Source of the DNA: Haliotis rufescens
Taxonomy: Eukaryota
Assembly: GCF_023055435.1 (NCBI RefSeq)
Contig: NW_025964354.1
Span: 2,294,001-2,358,000 of the forward strand
DNA: 64,000 nt
Reading direction: 5' to 3'
A model generated the notes under the pieces. The model did no database searches. It saw only the letters and a program-made list of their open reading frames with translations, and was not told the origin of the DNA. The position numbers were made by a program, and so were the translations under genes. This document shows positions 24,952 through 36,700 of this stretch, piece after piece. Position 1 is the first letter of the stretch; each line of letters begins with the position of its first letter.

Positions 24952-25111
24952 CCTAATCATTTGGTATTTTCGAATATCCTTTACTTTATTTGGAAAGTAT
25001 ATAACTTACTTCGTGAAAGAAAAACTGAGAATACTAGTCGCTCATTTGTGCGAGAGATCCTCTACTACCTGTAATTTTAAACAATTAAATAAAATTATGT
25101 TAAATATAATA

Positions 25112-25318
25112 TCATTCAAAGACATTGAGAACATGTTTGATCACCTCAATTTTAGGCTTTGAAACCGGTGGCATCCAGCCCAATTCGGCCCAGACAGCCA
25201 AATTGGGTGTTTTACTGTCAACACCTGGAAAGAACCTACAGGCATTAATCTGTACAATGTTTAAACAACTCAATTGTCTCTGACCCCATGCAGCTGACTC
25301 ATAGGAGAAGGAGGACAA
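25112..25318 (-). mobile_element. Non-LTR retrotransposon (LINE) ORF2 fragment
   Basis: SYESAAWG...VQINACRFFPGV...TPNLAVWAELGWMP matches the post-RT region of LINE ORF2. Confidence 0.65.
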
Positions 25319-27109
25319 GAAGAAAAAAACAACTTATTTATTAATGTGATACACATTGCATTTACAGTGTATAGAGATCTGGATGATAAACTAGTTAAAC
25401 AAGCACAGCCTCACAAAGCTTGTGAGACACAATGTACATACAACAATCAAATACTATTAAAATAATGTATATTCAGTGATACACACAACATGATTGAACT
25501 AAAGAATAAGTAACAATTTAGATACAACATTGAAAAAATACATGGTAAAAGGAAGAAACGCAGCGCTTAGTAAGAGTGAGTATTTAGCCTGGAAAGGGTT
25601 ATTCTATTTATTATCTACGCCAGATGATAAGCATTCTCGACTATTTGCGGCAAACCATTCCCTTGAGCGTGAAAGGCAAAATAGCTGTGAAAAGTATTTT
25701 AATTAATAACTAAAAATAACATTGTAGGACAAACCAGCAAAAGATTTAGATTCACCTATAATAACATCGAGTGTTCGGCTGACAGATTCAGGAATTTGTC
25801 TTACTGCAAAATTTAAATCAAGATTATCTCGTAGCCAAATCCCTAGACGCTTATAACCACTAATCTAGTCTATAACATTATCGCTAATATAAAATGCAAA
25901 CTGAGTTCTGCTCATGCAATAAGTGCTGCAATGTACAATGTCTAATATGCACAAAGAACTGGCAATTACAACACGTGCTATGCTTCACGCTTGGGTGAGT
26001 GAGAGAGTTAAAATTTAACGTCGCATCTGCATTATTTCAGCCATATAGCGACGAGACCAAGTTAATAAATTTACAATGTAGTTATTAATGCACATTTTAT
26101 ATTTAAAAACAAGTTGTGAAGCATATTTGAGAAATATATATTTAGAAACAATTTATGAAACATATTTGAGCATCACAATATTATATATACAGTTTTAAAA
26201 CACGGGCTATAGGACACCAGTAACCAAAGCTTCCCGCTTGGATCGGCATTAGCATAGGTAATCAATTGTCTGACTGTAACAGTGATGGGTTTGGTCAGTT
26301 TTCCTGGTTCTAGCTTACGGTCTGCAGTAAGTTCCCACTGACTTTTAAAATCATAGGAACAGAACTTTCAACAAGACTCATTTTATCTAGCCTTTAACGG
26401 AAAAGGCGTCTGTATAGAATCGGGTAGCCAAGCTCGTTGTCTAGGTTGATTGCATGTCATCGTACCCCAACGTGTTAAATGTTGTATGTCAACTAGACTC
26501 GATTGCGTACAGGAATGTGACACACAGGATATCGCTGCAAATAATGCTGAAGGAAAATATGCAATACAGTGTACATACACTAAACACTGAACTTTGACGA
26601 AATTGCAATTAATTCTTCTTAGATAATCAAAACATATAAACGGTGATCACAATCATAAAATGTGTAGTTCGTGCTATCATGCTCTTTGGTTTTTATACAG
26701 TCCTATATACCATGGGAGGGGTCGGTTAGTATCACTTAATTCCAAATGATTCCGAAATAACGACATTGCCAAGGTAGTTAATTTTATAGTCAGCATGATG
26801 ACTTGCTATATACATGCTATATACACCAGATAATGAGTAAACATAAGTACTAACAGGCTGGATGTAGCGATTATCTTCATCGCCCGCAGTGGTGGCAATA
26901 TACCGTGATGGATATAAAAAAACTATATGTCACTCTTCCGAAACTACAGCAGTTGTGAATACTGGAATCCATGTTTTGTTTTGGTTTACAGAATATACCC
27001 GAACACTTATTGTGTTGGACTCTCTTTGCATAATAAAATTCATCTTTTCCTCAAAATGCCAGGTTAACTAAAGTAATCACGACTCTTGTGACTATCCTTA
27101 TCTCTTAAA

Positions 27110-27273
27110 GGAGCGGTTGTGTAGCCTAGTGGTTAAAGCGTTCGCTCGTCACGCCGAAGACACGTGTTCGATTCCCGACATGGGTACACTGTGTGAAGCC
27201 CTTTTCTGGTGCCCCCGTCGTGATATTGCTTGAATATAGCTAAAGAGGGGCTTACAACCTCACTCACTCACTC
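27110..27273 (+). mobile_element. SINE family A
   Basis: Match to consensus. Confidence 0.75.
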
Positions 27274-27543
27274 AGTTATCTATTTACATCAAATCATTCA
27301 ACTTAATCATCCGCTGTTTATCTCAAAGGACAAAGGACGTCGTTTCCTTGAACGACGAGGCTGCCTCAGAGGTAAACAGAAATATAATTGGTTCAACAGC
27401 ACGATAACATGCCAGCTGACTCGTCATTTCTCTAAGTGAGAAGCAGTGTTATTCCTTTGTTTGATAATAATTCCTGTTTGATAATAATTCCTGTTTGATA
27501 ATAATTGCTGTCCTAGGCCTGGCCTGTTTTACAGAAATACTAT

Positions 27544-27784
27544 TCAGTTTGAGTTTTCTGCATCAGTGTTATCAACAGTTCCTGGTTCAGCTGACGTTTG
27601 AGCGTCAAGGGAAGGAAATGGTCTAACTTCCTCATAGTCGGAGCTGCTGGCACGTGGTGACTGCATGTGATAAAAGACCGAACCGGAGCCATCTGTGTCC
27701 TCAATGACAGCGTATTCGTCAACCCCCTCCTGTTCATGTGGGCCATGTGTAGTCTGGGTAGGTGTAAGATACGACTGACGAAAC
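27544..27784 (-). CDS. G3 cytoplasmic-tail exon
   Basis: tgttcacag|G TTT CGT. FRQSYLTPT...DEYAVI...VFYHM...SSDYEEVRPF...ENSN*. Confidence 0.8.
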
Positions 27785-30700
27785 CTGTGAACAAAGAAAC
27801 AACATTTCCTGTACATTTTCATACAATGCATGACTATATCCTGAGATAATGAGGCGGTCGGGTAGCCTAGTGGTTAAAGCGTTCGCTCGTCACGCCAAAG
27901 ACCCGGGTTCGATTTCCGACATGCGTACAATGTGCTGAAAGCGTCGTAAAATCAAACTCACACTCTGAGATAATACTAATGCGATAGTGAACATGTTTTC
28001 ATTAAATATGTAATCATGTAAAAAAAAAAATCTCTTTCTTACTGCCTTATGACTTAGCGTAGAAATCACAAATTCTACTTTCTGGCTCAATCTACCTGCA
28101 CATCCATACCTTAGTCACAAGTAAGTATTGTACAAACAAATATGTCATATAGCCAACAGGACCTACCTGACAGACCAGTATTCTGTAACAAAGGAAGAAA
28201 CAATTTTGATGTTATATAAGACCATATGCCTGTGATCTATATAGTTTATTCATAGGCTGGCACATTCAGTTAAACTCTTGCAAAGCACGTACGAGTCAAT
28301 CCAACTAACATAACCGTACTGCAGTGTAGATTCGTTTGCCTCTTTATTACATCCACATGAATTAGGGTGGTCGGGTAGCCTTGTGGTTAAAGCGTTCGCT
28401 CGTCACGCCGAAGACCCGGGTTCGATTCCCGACATGGGTACAATGTGTGAAGCCCTTTTCTGGTGTCCCCCGCCGTGATATCGCTGGAATATTGCTAAAA
28501 GTGGTGTAAAACGAAACTCACTCTCTCACTCACTTTACACTCGTGGCATCCAGTTTAATGGGCTGCGACATCCAGTGTATCCGTCTTAAGGTTTGAAAGG
28601 TTTAAAACAATTTTGGTATCCCTACCAGAAGATTGCAAACAGAAAATAAAACAAATGTGTCTTCAGTAAATATACGAAACTGTTTACCACAGGTATGCAG
28701 GGGATTTGAATGTTTAGAATTTAGATCCAATCTAAACATTTATTTTATTGATTTCGTATTTTGCGCAATTTTCTGTAAGCAAGAATTTTCATATGTGCTT
28801 TTAGCGGTACGTGTTTTATAGGTCACACGACATTCCTGCAATCATGTTGGCTATAACAGTTTCAACATGCCAGTTATCCCATTCATACCTGACAGTACAT
28901 GGTGTATTTTCTAACCGTACGGTATCCTTTACATCATCCATGAGATATAAGATTACAGGCATATGATTAATCTCAACGCTGTTGACTACTGATATTTTGT
29001 TTTAGTAACAGAAAAGTTCAACCGGAAATGAGATAATCGATCACACTACATCCTTGTTAACTTATAAAAGTAAAAGAACCACCACTGTCTCCGACAACAC
29101 GCCCATTGAGTATTTACAATCTTAATATATAGGAAAAATTCAAAAGTAAATTAACGAATGTATTAACCAACTATCACTTGAATCCACATGAGTTTAGCAA
29201 AGCGATATAACACGTGGCTACTGATTGCTGTGATGCATTAGTTTTTAAATAACACTTTCTTCCTAGTCGATTAAGTAGTTGCAATGTAGAGTACAGCGTT
29301 GCGTCACTCATAGGAAGCGAGGCATGATCTTATTTCGAATGTTCGTGGGATTCACCAAAGGGGTCCTGCATCACTTCAGGCCCTCCTCACACATCAGACG
29401 GACGTGCCATGATACAACTAACACATTGCTCAAAACGGCGTAAAACACAACTCAGTCACCATTCTTATTTCACCCAGTTTTAATCTCACCTCTGATATGC
29501 TCCAGTCGAATGAGGAATATGGTTGCAAGAAGGATCAATGTAAAGGCTACTATCGAACACCCAACGACAACAGTCACATCAGGGGGGCTTCTCTCTGGAA
29601 CTGACAACGAGTAACAGTATGAGTTTTGTAGCTAAGTCTGATGTGTACGAACAAAAGCATTTCTTAGTGAAGTGAAAAATTGACGGATGTATTTTACATA
29701 TCAATATACCAATGTATGTAACAGGTGAAAGTGTCATCAGGAATAACTGTCATAACTATGATCTCAGGTTTGGCTGTAACAGAATTATTCTTTTTATCTT
29801 GTTATCAATTAATGAATGAGTAAATTGTTTTCTTCCGAGTTGAAACCTAAGATCATACATAGGCAAATACATTACTAGCAATACATTATTAATATTACTT
29901 GAGTATATACAGTGGAAGCATGTGAACGGTGTTTATGAATATCAATTTACAATGTAAAATTTGTGAACAGTAACGTGTATGTGTCTAATAGATGTACATG
30001 AGGTGTTTCTTTAAATTCAATATAAAGTAGCACAAATACAGTTTGATGTATTCCAAAGTATCAAAATCAATTTCGTCAGTTAAATCATGAATATCTGCAC
30101 CGAGAAACAATGAAAGCATATCATCGTCGTCAAGCATACTTATTTTCACATCGACATCAATACCATGTTTATCAATCAGACATAAAAAGAAATGATTTCT
30201 GTCATATTTACAGTGCAAAATAATGTGGCAATTATAGTCATAGCAATTACAATGTTTACATTCTTTCGACACCTTTCTCTTGATCCGAATTTAATACAAA
30301 AGTTGTAGGGGTTGTCTTAAATGTGGATAGAGATGCATTGTATTATAAGGAACATGCATTTGTAAACGTGTATGAATGTAATGCTATCACGACAGATCTG
30401 GCCTCTGTTCTAAGTTAGAAATAGACGAATCTGTTGGGTGTCTTTTCCCGAGCTTGGATGGCGAGCAAAGTTATGTTTTACTGTTAAAAAAATAAAAGTT
30501 TTAGTTTTTTAATTATTCATCTATTCTTTTCTTCATGTTTGGGATTGTTATTTATATTCTTGACTATAAGTAAAGGACACAATTAATGAAAGACATTTTA
30601 TATGACATTTAATATTAACTATTTACAATTAATATGAAATAAGGGGCATGAGTTGCCTGATAACCTGAAGTACAGCAACACAATAACACTCGTAGCTGAA

Positions 30701-33700
30701 ATACTTTGACAGGCAATTGTTAAAACTTCAATGCACACACTCACTGATATAATATGTGTTCTGTTTTGTGATTGGCTTTTCACACGTTACGACTTAACTT
30801 ATTTCACTGGACGTATCACTTCATATATCATTTATAGAACTATTCCACAAATTGATAGACACGTGGGGATTCCGGGTTAGAATTGTTTCCCAGCAACCTT
30901 TGCTTGTCGTCAGAGGCTACTAAATGAAACGTTGGGTCAGGTTCGCTGCCTTGGTTGATGCATCGTATCCCAATTAAGCTGGATTAGTGCTGAGGTTGCA
31001 ACAAACAAGCAGGCTACGTAATTGTGCATTGTCGAGATACATTTTTATCTTTGTTAGCTGGCTACATTCAGGCTTGAATGTTTCAGCATTTAGCACTCTG
31101 GTAAATAATTCTATGACTGCTAGCGGAACACATATTCTCGAGAATATTAAAACTTATATGGAATGTATAAAAAGCAGATACGTTTCAATTGTCATATTAG
31201 AAAGCTATTTTTGTCAATGAATGGTCAGTAGATATTTATCAGTGTACATTGTACGCATGTGGGAAATCTAACAATCGTCACGCCGAAGACCCGGGTTTGA
31301 TTCCCCACATGGTCAAAATGTGTAATGCCCATTTCTTCATAATGTTTTCTTCGCCATGACATTGCAGGATATTGCAAACTCATTACACTGGCTAATCACA
31401 TCGAATGCAATGGACGTGACAAGAACAGTCACATTGACAAATATGTCACAAAAGACTCTAAGATGTCGGAAATGTGTCACAAATAGTAGATTAAAAACTA
31501 AACATTTCAAATACTAAAACAGTCCAATCTAATCATTTCATACCATTAAAATTAGAGCTGTATACCACCAGCCATCAGAACAATGGACGTACATGATCAT
31601 TCACATGATGCCCAATGAACATAGTTGGTCATTCAATGACCTAATATATTATAAAGCTACTTGGCTATTCAATGGCATGTTTTATAATGAACCTATTTGG
31701 TCATTCAATGACATGATATATGATGAACCCTGGCCTTGACATATACAGAACCGCAAAAGAACCATCATTCCAAGTAACATTGCATCAAAAGTTGTCATTG
31801 AAATATCTCGGTACTTTTTGTCAAAGTTTCTAAAAATTTACCTTGTCCGGAAAAATGAAATTTAATGATAAAAAACCAAAGCAGAGCACAATAAAACCGA
31901 TCGCCAAAACGCATCACGGCAACGGCCATGGTGACCCGATACACGTGAGTTCCGTGCAAATTGAAATGCACATGCGTTCCCCCATTTCTTGCCCTAAATA
32001 AATCCTCCCAGATCGGATAACATTCATTCGTTATTGAATTGCTGCCACATGCCGAGATTGACTAGGAATCAGCGACACCAAGCCCTTGGACGATTGCAAG
32101 CTGGACAAACCGCCAGGCAAGTAGCCAATGCATTACAAGTCCACGTAAGGACCATATACAGGCTCAAGTAATGGTACCAGACCACCAACACTACAGATGA
32201 CCGACCACGTAGTGGAAGACCAAGGGTACACCACCCGACGCCAGGATCGTCAGATTGTGGGACAGCATCTTCAAGATCGCTTTGTTACTGCTGCGGAAAT
32301 TGCTCGACAGACCGTGGGGACACACCAGCGACACATTAGTGCGGACACCGTGCGTCGACGATTGACGAGCAGACACCTCCACCGTCACAGGCCACACCGA
32401 GGACCCATTCTGACACCATGTCATCGACGGGACCGTCTTCAGTGGGCATCACGGCACCAGCATTGGCGCCACCAGCAGTGGAGCAGAGTCCTCTTCTAAG
32501 GAGAGAGCCGTTACTGTATCTCAACATCAGATGGCAGAGAGATAGTATGGCGACGCCGTGGGGAACGTTATTCGGATGTTTTTGTTGTTGAGAGAGACTC
32601 TGTGGTCCGAGCATCATGGTGTGGGTCGGAATTGGCCTTGCACAGAGGGTCGGCCCTGTGGTCTTCCAGAACATCGGTCCAGGGAGGGGCAATGGTGTCA
32701 TGACAGCTCGGTACATTGATCAAGTCTTGAGACCACACGCCATACCTCATTTGGCACGTCGCCGCAACCACGGGTTTCAGCGTGATAACGCCCATGCCCA
32801 CACTGCGAGAGCAACAAGAGACTTCCTCCAGCAGAATCGATTCATAACCATGCTGTTGCTTGCCCTCAGTCCCGATTTAAATCCCATTGAGCACCTGTGG
32901 GACGAGATTCAAAGAGGGCTAAATGACGTCCGACCAAGGCCGACAACTGCAGCTGAACTGCGTGAGGCGTTCCTCAGAGTCTGGGCTCAAGTGCCTATGG
33001 CCTTCATCAACCGCCTCATCCATGCCATGTATCGACGTTGCACGGCAGTCAACAATGCACATGGCGGGCGCACGAGAGACTGACTTGTGATGCCATTTTC
33101 TCAGAGACTAGTGTTGTGTTTCACTTTAAGAACATTTGACACATTAATTTCAACCTTGATGATCAGTTTTGCCAAGTTTCATCTTTTTGATATGTCTCAA
33201 AGTATGTTTACAGTGTTTGGACAAATAAGGTTTCTCATATATCTATGCATGGTGACGTTTTCTGTTGCGGTTCAGTGTATAATGTACTTTCTTGGCTATG
33301 CAATGACAGTGAAAATTCAGTGAAAAGGTCATAGGACCAAACCCCAGACACTGTTAGAATGCATGAACTACCCATGCCAATATGTAATTTACAACATCAC
33401 AGTTTTCAGTTAAAAACCATTCAGTCAAATATGTTACCGTTTGAGACCTGTATACTGTTTAAGATAAATACTTCTTACAGCTGAACAATAACATACACAA
33501 TACAGCAATACGTCTTCAATAAAAGATCTACCATTTTCTATACACTATTTACATAATCGTTCTTTGAATTGGACATTTGTGTCTCTCTCCAAATCAACTG
33601 CAAATTTAGACTTGCCACATCTGAAACGAGTCCTACATATCTCAGATGTACTGGCATGGGGAGCGTAAGATATTTTTCAACATTTAACAGGGATTGATAA

Positions 33701-36700
33701 TGTTAAAAATAAACGGTATCAGATATACTATTTATAGAACTACAACTTAAATGTTGAACGTATAAAATAGGTTTTGTTTAAAAAAGATAAATATATATCT
33801 GCACTTTGCCAACATCTTGTGTGAATCGATAGATATCCAAATCCTAATTTAAACAGAATAATTTCATTATGGGTAGCCCATGCAGTTTGAGCATTACATA
33901 GCATTGACGAGGTAGCCTATGATCATCCAAATGCAGCTTCCTGCGCCAGTACATGATGGGGAGAGGCTCTACCACACTTTCACAAAACCATGGCATTGTC
34001 TGTTGTTTTACCCATTTTATGAAATCATTTACACGTTTTGTTCTGTACAACTTCAATAGTTTTACAAAATGAGGTGACACTTACTTCTTCACGATAACAA
34101 ACTATGGGCACAACCATAGCAAAAACTATCTTCAATAAATCATTACCAGAATTCTGTTGGTGTCTATATTATGTCATAATAGCTTTGTTACTTTGTAAAA
34201 GTACGTGTCTCAGTCAAAACAAGTTTGGGCAAGAACCCAATACTCAAATATCTATACAATGACACAGTTTAATTAACTTTCCACTTTTCATTACGGATAA
34301 GAGGTCCGCCATTGCCGAATACCATAACTTGAGTATACTTCAAGTTTACCATCATACTTGTGGTATTGTAATGACATACTATATGAGAAACCTACATGGC
34401 TAACTATTGAGCCTACGTGCTATTGTCCGTTCATGACGATGTTATAAGGGACTTTGAGTCTTGTGGTGCCATAAGGGGACACATAATTGCAAATGAATAT
34501 TACAAACTACACAAAATAACTTTTTCACCACACACAGGTCATAATATAACCTATGTGATGAACAATGGAGTGCAACATTTCCACTCTACTCTTCTATACT
34601 TACACATACCAGGCGATGTCATGACGGCGTTTGAGTCTCTGACGTCAGGACCTGAAATAAATGTTATTGTAAATGAACATAATATATCAACTTCTTTATG
34701 CACCAATCGTATTATAAGCCTCACCTTTACACATTACAAACAATACTCGCAAAGCAGCTCTTGGAACTATACACTACATTTATATGAAACATGCAACAGG
34801 TACTATATATTCACCTCTATAAGTTACAGCCTACTATTTACATCAACTTTCGAGAGAATGCATTCCCGTGTTAAATATATCAACAACCGCACAGTAACAC
34901 TATTGTGGGCATTGGTAAAGTACATGCACAACAGGACCCGTGAAGATTCCGGGGAGGAATAGGTCTTCAGCAACCCATGCTTGCCGTAAAAGGTGACTAT
35001 GCTTGTCGTAAAAGGAGACTAACGGGATCGGGTGGTCAGGCTTGCTGACTTGGTTGATGCATGTCATCGATCCCAATTACGTTTTACGTGTCTGGTCCAG
35101 ACTCGATTATTTACAGACGCCGTCATATAGCTGGAATATTGATGAGTGTGGCGTTAAACAACAAATAAACAACAACAGTGGTAATCGGTAACAGTTGTGC
35201 TAAGAAAAACATAACTGGATAATTTGACACTTGCTTAATTACCCAATGACGCAGCTATATTGTTTTCTAACAATATTTGTCTTTGCTAAAGATAAAAGTT
35301 ATTTCACAAACTTCAAACAATTTATATCAAGTTTATGTTCCGAGGACAAACTGAAAATTATTTGTCGAGGGACATACATTTCATATCAATTTGAAGCGAG
35401 TGTATTTATTCTATTCCATATCACGAAGAAACGCCTTTTCACCGCTATTGTGCTTTTTACTCCAAACTGGATAATCGACATATTTACATTTTGGAAGTAA
35501 AATACCGTCCAGAGTAGAGATAAGCTTTTATATTTCGACAGTTAACAGCAGAATAGTTGACTCAGTACCGACAACGCTGCTTGTTATTGTGAACGTAAGA
35601 GATACGTACTTGAGACGATCAAATCGTGTGTACACTGAGTCATTTTGTAGATCTTGGTTGCACTTTTCTCTATCCTGCAGCTGTATCTCCCAGCATCAGC
35701 TAGTGTAACATTGTAGAGACGAAAGACATAGGTGCTGGTGTTACGGGAGGTAACAACCTCCACCATCCTGGTTCTGAGCCAGTACTTAGGAAGAATGTAG
35801 ACCTTATTGGAATCCAAAGCCATCAACTTATCCCCACTAGGTGTCATGATGTAGAATTCATATTGATAGCGAGGCATCCTCCAGGCTACCATAGCATGAT
35901 CACCTTCACGCACTTGTGTGTAGTTTGGGACTTCTTCCATCCTTGCTGTAACATATACATGTATCATCCACACTACTTAAGTTAACAATGTGCATGTATG
36001 AGTAAAGGCGTACTGGCATGAGCGCGGGTTCGTGATTTTATGTTGAAAGCGTACTGTGTAAGCTGCTAAATCAGTCGCAATATGAATAATACTTGGAGGC
36101 AGGCATTAAATACGCATCTCAGTTGTTATACACATGTATTCATAAGGGTAATATTTTAAATAGATATGTATTGAGATAGATTAAGAACTAAAGTTGAATT
36201 CATCTATAACAGGAGGATTAGATAGAAAACTGTATTAAGTTTATGGACTGAGATATGTGAAAAGGACGCAAATTTCGTGGTTTTTAGTATAAACACGAGA
36301 CTGGCTATTAGATAATAGCACGATGGTGTGGATCATGTATTGTGACTCATGATAGCTGGGTGACGTTCATTTAGAAATACTAAATTTACGCTATGTTGTT
36401 TTCAGAAAGTAATACTTAATATGTGGATTCAGCCTTCAATTATGCGTATTTGTTTTAATTATTATAATTTTATACAACGAATAAACGAACGTGTGAAGAA
36501 GCAATTTGGAGTAGAAGAACCAATTCGGCCATGTAAGATATTTCCGTATGTGTGTTATAGTCAATTACCTATAATCATAAATATCTTCAGTTGAACTGTA
36601 TTAAAATACATATGTTACAATGTGGCTACCTGTCTCTTATGTTGGAGTGGTTTAGTCACTTACATTTGGTCGACATTCCAAATTCTTCACTCCAGTCAGT

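Noticed and set aside
28366-28440. tRNA-Asp-like sequences
   Set aside because: They continue into a shared SINE body and tail, are divergent, and occur in many copies, so they are SINE heads rather than tRNA genes.
30665-30695. Possible 31-bp extra exon in the G3 intron
   Set aside because: Weak donor, frame-breaking and not needed for the model.
34417-34962. 181-aa plus-strand ORF
   Set aside because: No recognisable domain. It overlaps the minus-strand stalk exon and is not preserved in paralogues.
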